Of a stretch of DNA of 64,000 bases, positions 47,852-58,197 are shown one piece after another (within the stretch, counting starts at the first letter, position 1; each line of letters starts with the position of its first letter). Location of the stretch: IMG/VR virus record IMGVR_UViG_3300022752_000024, positions 1-64,000 of that record; one strand, written 5' to 3'. The translations under genes were made by a program, and so were the position numbers. This stretch comes from a virus. Under the pieces are notes generated by a model, which was given only the letters and a program-made list of their open reading frames with translations, searched no databases and was not told the DNA's origin.

Positions 47852-48250
47852 TTATCTTTGCGTTGTTCTCTCAACTTGATCGTCTTTCATATGCCAAGGA
47901 ACAGTAACTTTTCTTTGGTAATGAGTCTTTACATGCTCATATGGACTTGCACTTCTTGATCCTAAATGATATGATGCATGATGAGTGTATCCATCTTCAT
48001 CTTTTTTAGATGAAGCAACTTGAACTTTTCTTACCTTAAAGTTGTCATATGATTTGGTTTTAATTCTATAATGCAGATGTCCAGAACCACCATGTGCAAG
48101 ATCATGATTTGCTAATATTCTGTGTTCTTTGCTGGCATGAATTTGTTTAAGTGCAGTTTTAGGTATGTGTTTGGCTAAATCAGAACTTGACATCCATTCG
48201 GAGGTATGTTCATCTTCAGACTCTTTAACATACTCTATAAAATTTCTCAT
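47852..48250 (-). CDS. His-rich hypothetical protein, possible internal head protein
   Basis: MRNFIEYVKE N-terminus; inserted between gp16 and gp17. Confidence 0.7.
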   Translation of the reverse strand: MRNFIEYVKESEDEHTSEWMSSSDLAKHIPKTALKQIHASKEHRILANHDLAHGGSGHLHYRIKTKSYDNFKVRKVQVASSKKDEDGYTHHASYHLGSRSASPYEHVKTHYQRKVTVPWHMKDDQVERTTQR

Positions 48251-48891
48251 TTGAGTGATCTAGTCGTTAAGACAACGTTACCTGTTTTTGGATCATGATC
48301 CACATGATGAGCATGAAGTTCTACATCAGGATGATCTTGTTTGAGACTCAAAAAATGATTTAAGTTTTGATGTGAATCATCATATAGATGAACTTTTTTA
48401 TATCCGTGTTTTTTGATGAGATTACTAATAACTTTTCTTTTGTTGTCACCAGGAGAATCACCAGATAAATTTCCTGCTCTACGAACATGAATCTCGTTTG
48501 GATCAATGCCATGCTTTTGCAAAGCACTCATAAAACCTTTTTTATCATCCATGTCAGACCGTGCAGTAACAATCTCTACATTCTTATTTTTTTTATGAAT
48601 AGCTTTTAGTTTAGAAATCATCTTATGAATAGGATGAGCAGACTGATTAAATACATGAGTTGATCTAAAATCTCCAAAATCATATGAGTGACCATGCTGT
48701 AATTTATGGTCATTAAATTCTTGATTGGTTAATGAATGTACTCGTTTACCTTTCTCATCATTTACATGAACTTTTACTTTAGTGTGATCGTGATGAAATA
48801 ATGTTTCATCCATATCAAAGGCATGGAGAGTTTTTGATTTTGGATCTTTTGTTTCTGAAATTTCTTCTCTTAAATACCTAAAGTATTTCAT
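48247..48891 (-). CDS. HAD-superfamily phosphatase-like protein, His-rich
   Basis: AFDMDETLF (DxDxT), IVTAR, LYDDS; MKYFRYLREE N-terminus. Confidence 0.8.
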   Translation of the reverse strand: MKYFRYLREEISETKDPKSKTLHAFDMDETLFHHDHTKVKVHVNDEKGKRVHSLTNQEFNDHKLQHGHSYDFGDFRSTHVFNQSAHPIHKMISKLKAIHKKNKNVEIVTARSDMDDKKGFMSALQKHGIDPNEIHVRRAGNLSGDSPGDNKRKVISNLIKKHGYKKVHLYDDSHQNLNHFLSLKQDHPDVELHAHHVDHDPKTGNVVLTTRSLK

Positions 48892-49307
48892 TCTTTACCT
48901 TTCAACATTTTGTTTAGGTCTGCTGTGCTGCCAACAAAAATAGCTTTATCTATTTTAGTCGTACCTGTTTCTTTTCCTGCTGCTTTATTCATCTCTCGCA
49001 TTTGTTTTTGCAGAATAATTAGTTTTTCGTTAGCATCAGCAACATTTTTAATCATAGTAGCTGCAACTTCAAATGCTCTTGGATGTTGAGAATCTCTTGC
49101 TATATCTAAGATAGTATCAATAGCGTCAACACCTTTCTCAATAATTTCTTCATAATTTTGGCGAACTTTGTTGTAATCTTTCTGCAAATCGCTATCTAAT
49201 CTTTCATTATCATTTGCAATAGGTTCTTTGACAACAATAGGATTTTCTTTTACAACTGTTGGTGATACATCAAAAATATCACTCATATTTTTTTCAAACT
49301 TAGACAT
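48888..49307 (-). CDS. gp16: terminase small subunit
   Basis: DYNKVR, HPRAFEVAA, IFVGSTADL. Confidence 0.92.
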   Translation of the reverse strand: MSKFEKNMSDIFDVSPTVVKENPIVVKEPIANDNERLDSDLQKDYNKVRQNYEEIIEKGVDAIDTILDIARDSQHPRAFEVAATMIKNVADANEKLIILQKQMREMNKAAGKETGTTKIDKAIFVGSTADLNKMLKGKE

Positions 49308-49322
49308 TATTTTGTTCCATAA

Positions 49323-51731
49323 TTAAAATGTTGCATTACTTGGGAATCTCAATGTAGGAGATGAATTATATAATATTCGAACTGCACCACTAGATCCTGC
49401 AAGAGCAACATATGGTATATCTGGAGTTAAATTATATAAGCTGGTGCTTGTGCTATACTCAACATTAGCAGCATATCTATTTCCTGCACCATAGCCTGTT
49501 TGACCCGCACCAACATATGCATCTCTCAAACTACCATTTGGTGCGCTACCTACTGTAGTACCATATAGACCTATTCCTCCAGGAGAAATCAATTGACCTA
49601 TTGTTCCACCGCCACCTCCTCCAGAACCTAATGTAGCATTACCAAAACCAACACTATTAGATCCATCTCCTCCATTTCCTAAATATCCTGCTGCTCCACC
49701 GCCACCATAAGTTCTTCCTGTTCCTCCTACTGCTCCAACTACTCCAGAAATTCCGTCATATGATCCTCCTGGCTGATCTGCGGTATTTGCAACATCTCCA
49801 ACAGAAGATGAACTATAGTTAACTGTTCCTTGTGGAGCAGAAGAACCTCGATACGCTCTTACTATAACAGTACCATTTGGAGACACAAATCTAGTATTTG
49901 CGAGACTGCTAGAAGCATCACCTCTTCCGCTTCCGACTACAACTGTATAAATGTCTCCTTGATTTACTGATATATCATTAATATAAGCTAATCCACCTCC
50001 ACCACCAGCAGAATTTAATCTATAATTATTCGTATAATCAGGATCGGAACCTGTTTGATATGCTCCGCGAACTGAAGTATACCCTCCAGGTCCAACAGCA
50101 ACAATACTAACATTACTTGCACCAGTAGGAACAGTCCAAGAATATGTTCCTGGTGAATTAAATATTACTTCTCTTAAAAGAGTAGAAGTAGTAGTATATT
50201 GAAAAGTATTTGCAGCCGAGAAATTATTATAGAAATCATTCGCAGTATTTGCTGATACTGTTACTGTAATTGCAGTATTTAATGGTAAATCTACTCCTAA
50301 TGTCAAAGCATTAGAAGAAACAGAATTGCTAAGTATTGGATATATAGTTGCGCCGCTTGACACTACAATATTTTGTACATTTTTAGTGTTTATATTTCTA
50401 TTAAATTGAATAATGATGTTATTGTCGGGTGCTGCCGATAAAGATTTTCCAGGGTTAATGGCATTAGGAGTAAACGGACTGGTTGCATAAGAAGTTGTGA
50501 TACTTCCAGATCGTAGATTTTTTGTTTGCGTACCACCAACATAACTGTATCCTCCTGGTTGAACAGATATAGTTACACTACCATCTTGATTTGGTGGTGG
50601 AGTATAATCAAACAGATACGAAGTAGTATCATCAATTGCTTCTCTTAAATTTGAAATTGTTCCAACCGTAGCATTAAACTTACTTATTGCTATACTATTA
50701 CTAGTATTCATAAGATTTCTAGTAAAAAATGACACAGAAGGACTTACTCTATAAGTAACAGTAGTATTTCCTATTCCACTTGTACCAAAATTTGATGAAT
50801 AATTTAAAAAATTAGCACTTAATGTATCTGCTGCAACATATAATTTGAGTTTTTTTCCTATCTGATTAAATACACTGGTTCTTACGTTATCTCTAAATGA
50901 CGATGGATTAACATATATTGTTGCAATACCGGTTGCTGTACTAGTGGTAATTACGTTAAAAGTTCTTAATCCTGCAACTATTCCTAGTGTTGCAGCATTT
51001 GATATTCCTGTTCCCGTTGAACTCAAAATCATATCAGAAATATCAAAACTGTTTACACCAACACCACTGGTTATCCTAGCACCCATATCAGAAGGAAGTA
51101 TTCTGACATTGCAAGTGTATGTTCCTGAATTGAATATATATTGACCAACATTACGAGGCGGCTCTACTACTGCTGTTAAGAATGGATACAAATTTAATAT
51201 TGCTGTGTTTGATTCTTGATTATAATTGTTTCCATATTGTGCTGTAGATGTGGTACTATTTTTTGGTAAAACAATTGTTGCATTAAATCCATTTCGTATA
51301 CCACCTGCTATTTTTGGTGTTGGTTGGAAAGAACCAAAATCTTCCAAAGTATCCATAGTGAACACGGAAGTAAATGAACTCGATATTATACTTGGACTTA
51401 TCGATGATAGTGTACCATTGGTTACAATTACTTTATCTGCAATAAAAGGATTAACTAAAACCGGAGCATTATTAGCATCGGTAAAAGTAAAAGTTAAGTT
51501 TGCTTTCATTTGGTTACCGGATCTAATACCAGTAACTATTGAATCAGTTCCTTCACTTGTGCTATATAAATCATACGCATCTGACGTTATTGTACAAAAA
51601 ACATTAGATACTGATGCTGGTGGAATATATGTAAGACTAAGATCCCATGCCGAACCATTCCACGTATACACTCTTCCATTTAATGTATAAGTATCATTCG
51701 TTGCAGGGTTGCTAGGAAAAGTAAATGGCAT
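49323..51731 (-). CDS. virion fibre/decoration protein with Ig-like and C-terminal glycine-rich domains
   Basis: FPSNPATNDTY..YTWNGSAW N-terminus, IIIQFNRNI Ig-like strand, FNSPGTYSWTVPTG..GGGGG. Confidence 0.7.
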   Translation of the reverse strand: MPFTFPSNPATNDTYTLNGRVYTWNGSAWDLSLTYIPPASVSNVFCTITSDAYDLYSTSEGTDSIVTGIRSGNQMKANLTFTFTDANNAPVLVNPFIADKVIVTNGTLSSISPSIISSSFTSVFTMDTLEDFGSFQPTPKIAGGIRNGFNATIVLPKNSTTSTAQYGNNYNQESNTAILNLYPFLTAVVEPPRNVGQYIFNSGTYTCNVRILPSDMGARITSGVGVNSFDISDMILSSTGTGISNAATLGIVAGLRTFNVITTSTATGIATIYVNPSSFRDNVRTSVFNQIGKKLKLYVAADTLSANFLNYSSNFGTSGIGNTTVTYRVSPSVSFFTRNLMNTSNSIAISKFNATVGTISNLREAIDDTTSYLFDYTPPPNQDGSVTISVQPGGYSYVGGTQTKNLRSGSITTSYATSPFTPNAINPGKSLSAAPDNNIIIQFNRNINTKNVQNIVVSSGATIYPILSNSVSSNALTLGVDLPLNTAITVTVSANTANDFYNNFSAANTFQYTTTSTLLREVIFNSPGTYSWTVPTGASNVSIVAVGPGGYTSVRGAYQTGSDPDYTNNYRLNSAGGGGGLAYINDISVNQGDIYTVVVGSGRGDASSSLANTRFVSPNGTVIVRAYRGSSAPQGTVNYSSSSVGDVANTADQPGGSYDGISGVVGAVGGTGRTYGGGGAAGYLGNGGDGSNSVGFGNATLGSGGGGGGTIGQLISPGGIGLYGTTVGSAPNGSLRDAYVGAGQTGYGAGNRYAANVEYSTSTSLYNLTPDIPYVALAGSSGAVRILYNSSPTLRFPSNATF

Positions 51732-51737
51732 AATATA

Positions 51738-53378
51738 TTAACCTAATTGAATCCAATTTTTAACGCTTGCAGAATCTGAAATTAATATATATTGTCTTCC
51801 TGTATCAGAATTAATCCACAAATCTCCAACTAAAGAAGATGCTGTTGATGGTGGTGAACTAGATGTAGTCACTCTTGTTTTGTTTTCAAATTTACTTCCG
51901 TTATATGTTAATACTTGACCAGCAGTAGGAAAAAAAACTGAAAAATCATCTATTTTGCCAATAGAAAGAGTAGGAACAGCTCCAATTGAAATTTGTCCAC
52001 CCGAATCTAATCCAGCAACTCCATTAAGAGCATTAATCGATGAAATTGCAATTCTTGGGGTGCTATCTACTGCATTGATTGTTATGTTTTGAGTACCGTT
52101 AAATGGGACTCCATTAATTGTTCTTGCTGTAGATAATAGATTCGCCGTATTTGATGCTTCTACTTTTAGAATGGTAATGTTTTGAGAACCATCAAACGAA
52201 ATATCATTAATTGTTCTTGGTGTAGATAATTTATTAGCTTGGTTAGCTGTGTTAGCTAGAATAGCTTGATTTGCTGTATTTGATGCTTCTACTTTTAAAA
52301 TGGTAATATTTCGAGAACCATCAAACGAAATATCATTAATTGTTCTTGCTGTAGATAATTGATTTGCTGTATTTGATGCTTCTACTTTTAGAATGGTAAT
52401 GTTTTGAGAACCATCAAACGAAATATCATTAATTGTTCTTGCTGTAGTTAACTGTGGTGCGCTAATAACGTTTGCTATTAATTGATTAGTATCATCAGAA
52501 TAGGTAAAAGTTATTTTTCCATTAATGTGACTTGAATGTGCTAATAACGGGGCAACGTAGTCTTGAACTTGTTCTTGAGTTAGTTGACCTTGTGCGGCTA
52601 ACAACAATGCTGTGTTTGCTGTGTTAAAAGCAGATTGAACGGAATCTCTTGCGTATTGATCTACTCCACTACCGCCGTTACCTCCATTACTGCTATTACT
52701 ACTCAAACTACTAATAACATTTGCTATTATTAAATTATGTACATCATCATATGTAAATGTTATTCTTCCACCATCATGATAATTGTGTGTGAATAGTGGA
52801 GCAACATAGTCTTGCACATCTTCTTGCGTTACTGATCCGCCAATACCACCGCTACTAGTAATTGCTATTACCGCAGTAATTGGATTTGAAGATACTGAAC
52901 TAATTCTTCCATTAGATTCTAAAGTAATCACTGGAACATGGGTTGAGTTTCCATAAGTTCCTGGTGCTACACTAATATTTGTCTTATCGGTGTTTGCAGT
53001 ATTGTAAGCTGCTTGTGCTAAAGTAGTTGCCGTATTACCTTGATTGAACGCTGACTGTGCAAGAGTAGTTGATGAATTTGCTTTATCAAAAGCTGCTTGA
53101 GAAGTTGCTCTAGCACTTAAATCTGCCGTACGAGTTTGTGCTGCGTTTGCTGCAATAAAAGCAGAATTTGCTGTGTCTCTTGCAGCTTGAGCGACTAATA
53201 GTGTTCTTTCTGTAGTTGCTCCACTATTTGCTGAAGATATTTCGTAGCCACCTTTAAAGACGCCATCGTGCAGTCTCAACGCCTTAGCTTGAAGATCGAC
53301 AAATATCTCACCTTCTTGTCCGGTAAGAGCATTTGCATCAGCAGTGGTACCTCTACGAAATTTAAATACTGATGTCAT
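51738..53378 (-). CDS. repeat-containing fibre protein
   Basis: FRRGT..GEIFVD..LRLHDG N-terminus; four TARTIN..F(D/N)G(S/T)(Q/R)NITI-type repeats; two QDYVAPL modules; GDLWINSDTG C-terminus. Confidence 0.75.
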   Translation of the reverse strand: MTSVFKFRRGTTADANALTGQEGEIFVDLQAKALRLHDGVFKGGYEISSANSGATTERTLLVAQAARDTANSAFIAANAAQTRTADLSARATSQAAFDKANSSTTLAQSAFNQGNTATTLAQAAYNTANTDKTNISVAPGTYGNSTHVPVITLESNGRISSVSSNPITAVIAITSSGGIGGSVTQEDVQDYVAPLFTHNYHDGGRITFTYDDVHNLIIANVISSLSSNSSNGGNGGSGVDQYARDSVQSAFNTANTALLLAAQGQLTQEQVQDYVAPLLAHSSHINGKITFTYSDDTNQLIANVISAPQLTTARTINDISFDGSQNITILKVEASNTANQLSTARTINDISFDGSRNITILKVEASNTANQAILANTANQANKLSTPRTINDISFDGSQNITILKVEASNTANLLSTARTINGVPFNGTQNITINAVDSTPRIAISSINALNGVAGLDSGGQISIGAVPTLSIGKIDDFSVFFPTAGQVLTYNGSKFENKTRVTTSSSPPSTASSLVGDLWINSDTGRQYILISDSASVKNWIQLG

Positions 53379-53379
53379 C

Positions 53380-54459
53380 TTATAATAGGTCTATAATTTG
53401 ATTACCTGGGTCATTAAGATCCAAAATAACGCTTTGTGGAACAATCGCTACTGTAGCATTAGCATTAATGTTTGGTGCCTCTGTAACTATAGTATTGATT
53501 GTGTGTGGAGTATTTATATTTGCTGTTAGTGGATTAACTGTCGTATTTGCTAATGCTAACTTTCCACCTTGTTGGTTACCTGAAATCAAATCTCTTTCGG
53601 CAAGACTATCGGCACCAATTATAACTGATCCAACTTCAAAGGTACCTGATATGTCCTTGAGTATTAGAACATTTGTTGATGAGTTAAAAGAAACTACAAC
53701 TCCGGTAGCCGTAGCACTATCTAGAGAGTATCCTTGATAGACAGTTTCACCTTGTTTAAAGTTTCCAAATCCAGTATTAGTGACATTAAATTCTACTGTT
53801 CCGTTTTGCGAAATATTTAAATTACTTAGTGATAATAAAGTTTGTTTAATTACTTTGCCTTCTTGTATAGCACCATATACAAAACCTTTAGCAGTAAATC
53901 CTAAAGTCCAAACAATTATTCGAGTAGGAGAAGGTCCTTCGCCTTCATAGTCTACACTATAATCTACTTTGTTTAACAGAATAGGAATTTCTTTTGTTAT
54001 TCCCATCGAAGGAATAAGATTTAATTTGATTGTATAATCTGGAGTAAAATATGGTAAAATATGTTCTATGATTTGAGTACCATCTTCTATGTTTCGAACA
54101 TAAAGATAGAGTTCAAAATTAAAATTATATGGTACTGGATTATACTGTGCTAATTTAGTATTTCCATTAGAAGAAGATGCAAAATTTTTTACGTTAGTAA
54201 CTTGTTTTCTTGTCGAGTCATACTGCATACTTGTTAAATCAAATGACATTCTAGGCAATGTAGTTTGAATTTTTTTATCGAGATCAGGATCACCAAGTAG
54301 TCTTGCAACATATTTCTCTTTAGGAGAATAGATAATAGGAACTTTAATTCTTCTATTTTCAGTATTATCCAAATTATAGCGAATTAAAGTTATGTTGTCG
54401 AATAAGTTACCAAAACCTATAACAAGTTTGCGAATAATTCTATGGTAGGTGTTTGACAT
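53380..54459 (-). CDS. gp15: tail sheath stabilizer / tail terminator
   Basis: IIRKLVIGFGNLF, LPRMSF, PVPYNF, QIIEHILPYFTP. Confidence 0.93.
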   Translation of the reverse strand: MSNTYHRIIRKLVIGFGNLFDNITLIRYNLDNTENRRIKVPIIYSPKEKYVARLLGDPDLDKKIQTTLPRMSFDLTSMQYDSTRKQVTNVKNFASSSNGNTKLAQYNPVPYNFNFELYLYVRNIEDGTQIIEHILPYFTPDYTIKLNLIPSMGITKEIPILLNKVDYSVDYEGEGPSPTRIIVWTLGFTAKGFVYGAIQEGKVIKQTLLSLSNLNISQNGTVEFNVTNTGFGNFKQGETVYQGYSLDSATATGVVVSFNSSTNVLILKDISGTFEVGSVIIGADSLAERDLISGNQQGGKLALANTTVNPLTANINTPHTINTIVTEAPNINANATVAIVPQSVILDLNDPGNQIIDLL

Positions 54460-55346
54460 TATATGTTACCAAATGGATTATTTTCTGTGAAATCGATAAT
54501 TGTATTGGCTTCATCGTGAAGGTGTTTATTATCATATTCAGCATGTAGTTGGCTTTGTAAATATTCATCAGTTGATGATATAGTTGATCTAGCATTAGAT
54601 AGTTGACCTCTAACTATATTTCCTAACAAGAATTCTCCTTGTATCTCATTTAATTCTAATGAGTTATTGACTGGATCATAGTAGGAAATAACTCCGCTGG
54701 CATATGAATTCGCAATAGTAATATCTGTACTTTGAAATGCAACTTCTCCAAGTTGATATCTTCCATTTGCCGAAGAAATAATAAATTTCTGAGAATATGC
54801 TTCAACATCTTGTATTATATCAATTCCTTCGATTCCTGTACTTATAGTTTCTTGTGAATACTTGAACTTCTCTAGCTCTATCTCGTAGAAATATGGAACT
54901 TTACGACCTAACATTGCCATGTCTTTATTTTGATTGACAAATTTGATTTCAAACAATTCACCTTGACCATTTAGAACTGGAACATAGATGAGATCGCCTT
55001 CTCTTGGTCGAGTAATTGTTGATCCGTTTGCAATTCTCTGAGCAAATGATCTTTTGGACACGATCATTGTCATCGTACTCTTTATTTCTAATCCAAATTT
55101 ACTAAAGAATTCTTTCTCTCCTCCATATTCCATCACATTGCTAGGATATAGTTCAATTGAATATACAGTAGTAAATGTTTTTAGTGGATCTTCACCGTAG
55201 ATTAAATCTCTAGATTCTTCGTTATTATTGGGAAGATAATAGCAATCCGTACCCATTATTTTAATGGATTCTGTAATTAAATCTTCAACTAAGCGTTGTT
55301 CTGTATATTTTGCGCCGTAGTTATTAAAATAGTGATTAGTTGGGAT
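54459..55346 (-). CDS. gp14: neck protein; frame extends 30 codons upstream of the first ATG to an ATC
   Basis: (I)PTNHYFNNYGAKYTEQRLVEDLITESIKIMG..SKFGLEI..RPREGDLIY..LFEIKFV..NPFG. Confidence 0.9.
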   Translation of the reverse strand: MPTNHYFNNYGAKYTEQRLVEDLITESIKIMGTDCYYLPNNNEESRDLIYGEDPLKTFTTVYSIELYPSNVMEYGGEKEFFSKFGLEIKSTMTMIVSKRSFAQRIANGSTITRPREGDLIYVPVLNGQGELFEIKFVNQNKDMAMLGRKVPYFYEIELEKFKYSQETISTGIEGIDIIQDVEAYSQKFIISSANGRYQLGEVAFQSTDITIANSYASGVISYYDPVNNSLELNEIQGEFLLGNIVRGQLSNARSTISSTDEYLQSQLHAEYDNKHLHDEANTIIDFTENNPFGNI

Positions 55347-55370
55347 TTTATTTACCTTTTTACTTGTATA

Positions 55371-56150
55371 TTAATTGAGGAAAAACTCAAGAGGAGCCCC
55401 AAAATTATTCTCCATCTCTTTCTCTAATCTCTCTATTTCGTCGGCAGCTTCTTGGTAAATCTTATCACCATTTAATGTTACACCACCAAGCAATTGAACA
55501 CCATCGAATTTCTTTAAGTTGTTTCCCCATGTTCTTTTTATAAGTGCTGTAGCATACTCTTTGAGCCAACGATCTTGCCATACTCCATGGTAAATATCAG
55601 GATTAATTATTGCATAACATTCTGCGATAACAACAGTTCCTGCAGGTGCTTGAGATGATCCCCATGCCCAATCAATAAACAATTTTTTCATATGTCTCTG
55701 ATAGCGAATAGGTACCTCTCCAGTGAACATTAATTCAAGACTACGAAGATGTTGTTGAGTAAGAGTGTAGTTGATGTATGACGCTGATGTGAAGTCGTAA
55801 AGCTCATTTAAACGCAATTGATAACGAAGATCGAACATATTGATTGTTGCCTGAGAATCTTGAATAGGAAAAATTCTAGATACACCAACAATTTCTAATT
55901 GATTATTTGCTGCGTCTTTGGTAACAGACGGGTCCATATTTACATATTTATTATTGACATCCTCTTGCGAAAGTGCTTTAATATAATACACTTTTTGAAG
56001 ACCATCAAAATGATAATCTTGCCAATATTGCAACGCATCGTCGATACGATCTTCCACTTGATCGTCATCCACGTTAATATCAATAACAGGAAACCCTAAT
56101 CTACGAAGGCAGTAGTCTTTAAAATTTTCTCTGGTTTGTATTGTAGCCAT
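55371..56150 (-). CDS. gp13: neck protein
   Basis: YCLRRLGFPVIDINVDDDQVEDRI, WLKEYATALIK, GGVTLNG. Confidence 0.95.
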   Translation of the reverse strand: MATIQTRENFKDYCLRRLGFPVIDINVDDDQVEDRIDDALQYWQDYHFDGLQKVYYIKALSQEDVNNKYVNMDPSVTKDAANNQLEIVGVSRIFPIQDSQATINMFDLRYQLRLNELYDFTSASYINYTLTQQHLRSLELMFTGEVPIRYQRHMKKLFIDWAWGSSQAPAGTVVIAECYAIINPDIYHGVWQDRWLKEYATALIKRTWGNNLKKFDGVQLLGGVTLNGDKIYQEAADEIERLEKEMENNFGAPLEFFLN

Positions 56151-56178
56151 ATAATTCTCCTGATTATACTCTATTTAT

Positions 56179-57999
56179 TTAATCAATAATATAGCCAAAT
56201 GTGTATCCGTTATTACCTAATTGCGCTGCGTTTGGATCATATGTGTATGTAATAACTAATAATCCTGATCCACCACGACCTATATCTCTTGATGAGTTCT
56301 CGAATCTTCCTCCTCCACCTCCTCCACCATATGCACCATTTGCCTGTGCCGCGGTTCCATTGTAACCTGCACTGCCAGGATAACCGGTATTGTTAGCTCC
56401 ACCGCCTCCTCCACCTGGTCCAACAGGTCCAACTATACCAATATATGTATCTGTGTACCAAGAAGCTACATTGTATATCGCTCCATTACCTGACTGTCTT
56501 GCTCCACCTTGTCCTGTAAATCCGCCACCACCTCCTCCACCATTTGTACCATCTCCTGCTATTGCAGCGGAAGTACCTCCAGTACCTCCAGAACCGCCAT
56601 TAGTTCCAGCATTTCCTCCAGCACCACCTACTGTTGCTGTTGCTGCACCTCCACTAGAACCTGCTGAACCTAATGGGCCTGTTGCGGCACCACCACCTCC
56701 GCCTCCAGGAAGAGAGCTTGTTGAAGTGGTATTGTTTGCGCTACTTCCGCTACCACCATCAAACCAATATGGTGCTCCTCCACCACCACCTCCTCTCCTA
56801 ACAGTTGTGGATTTTGTACCAGTAAATCCTAGTCCACCATCACCACCGTTTGCTACTCTTTGTCCTATGGAAGTTTTTATAGAATTAATTCCATATGCTG
56901 TTTTTGCAGTTACAGAAAAAGTACTTTGTGACGCTAATGTAGGTTCACCTGTGGATCCTATAGATGCGTATGTATTTGTTGTTACTGTGTTCCATGTAGC
57001 CGCCGGGGCAACTTGATATGCAATAAATGAACCAGTTGGAAAAGTTGTAGTATTTACTGTATTTGCGTAACCACCTGCTCCACCGCCATGTAAGTTATTG
57101 GTGGATGTACCTGATAACACAATGTTACCTTGACTTCCTCCACCAATAGCATCTATTGTTACTTTTGTAGTACCGGCAGGAAGAATTAAATACTGTTCTG
57201 TTGTTGTTGAAGATTTGAATACCCGGGTTACAGTAGTAGCACTAGATGGCTTTTGTCTGGTGTACGTAATTACAACTAAACCTTGAGAACCAGAGCCACC
57301 GCCTCCTCCATATAGGTCTGCTATGGGTCCACGACCTCCTAGATTACCACCACTACCACCTGACAGACCATAAGAAGTTCCTGTAACGTCCGTCCAAATA
57401 TAATCTACTGTTCCTTTGCTATTGACAGCACCACCATCTCCTCCAGTACTGCTGTTTGCTCTTTTTGTTCCTGGTGTAGTTAAATATGCATAAGTTCCTC
57501 CGTTTGCAGCACCACCTGCACCAGCGACTACTCCTGGTGTAGCATCACCACCATTACCACCTCGTCCATTTGGTCCCGCAGAACCTCCATTGCCACCAAA
57601 ATACGTTGATCCGCTTCCACTAGTTGGATTTCCTGCTACTCCACCATTCCACTTAACATTTCCTATACCATTACTTTCATTATAAACTCCTGAGCAACAT
57701 GCTGATACAGCGCCGTAATTATTAGGTACAGCGTAACAACCTTCTGATGTACTTGTAGGTCCTGTAAATGATACTTTGTTTACCCAAGAGCCGCCAGCAG
57801 CAGCACCAACTGAAATATATAACTTTGATCCTGGCGTTACCGAAAGACTATTTGTTTTGGAATATGCTGAACCGTCACCATCTACGAAAGCGTATCCTGT
57901 TCCACTCAGACACTCGATCTGAATAGAAGTGCAATCTTCAGGAACAATCCAACCATTAACTGAGGATTTAAAGACTACTACGGCTTTAGATGCTGCCAT
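56179..57999 (-). CDS. glycine-rich virion protein with two Gly-rich domains
   Basis: WIVPEDCTSIQIEC and ILPAGTTKVTIDAIGGG starts; each domain ends in GxxGL(V/L)VITY. Confidence 0.75.
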   Translation of the reverse strand: MAASKAVVVFKSSVNGWIVPEDCTSIQIECLSGTGYAFVDGDGSAYSKTNSLSVTPGSKLYISVGAAAGGSWVNKVSFTGPTSTSEGCYAVPNNYGAVSACCSGVYNESNGIGNVKWNGGVAGNPTSGSGSTYFGGNGGSAGPNGRGGNGGDATPGVVAGAGGAANGGTYAYLTTPGTKRANSSTGGDGGAVNSKGTVDYIWTDVTGTSYGLSGGSGGNLGGRGPIADLYGGGGGSGSQGLVVITYTRQKPSSATTVTRVFKSSTTTEQYLILPAGTTKVTIDAIGGGSQGNIVLSGTSTNNLHGGGAGGYANTVNTTTFPTGSFIAYQVAPAATWNTVTTNTYASIGSTGEPTLASQSTFSVTAKTAYGINSIKTSIGQRVANGGDGGLGFTGTKSTTVRRGGGGGGAPYWFDGGSGSSANNTTSTSSLPGGGGGGAATGPLGSAGSSGGAATATVGGAGGNAGTNGGSGGTGGTSAAIAGDGTNGGGGGGGFTGQGGARQSGNGAIYNVASWYTDTYIGIVGPVGPGGGGGGANNTGYPGSAGYNGTAAQANGAYGGGGGGGRFENSSRDIGRGGSGLLVITYTYDPNAAQLGNNGYTFGYIID

Positions 58000-58002
58000 A
58001 TT

Positions 58003-58197
58003 CTATAGTGTCTCCAAAGTAATGTTCTGCGGCCGCAAAGATTGTAGTTCTTCGTATGTTATAAATTTATTCATGTACCATACATATCCTTCGGGAATTA
58101 ATTTTTTTTCCCAACCGGCGGGCAATTCGAAATTTTCATCACATACAATGTTGTTTTGAAATTTATTATTTTCATCAAAAATAGCGTAATTAGGCAT
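58003..58197 (-). CDS. small hypothetical protein in the fibre module
   Basis: MPNYAIFDENN..NNIV..; coupled to neighbours. Confidence 0.6.
   Translation of the reverse strand: MPNYAIFDENNKFQNNIVCDENFELPAGWEKKLIPEGYVWYMNKFITYEELQSLRPQNITLETL

Noticed and set aside
56390-57016. 208-aa proline-rich plus-strand ORF
   Set aside because: Antisense shadow of Gly codons in the glycine-rich gene
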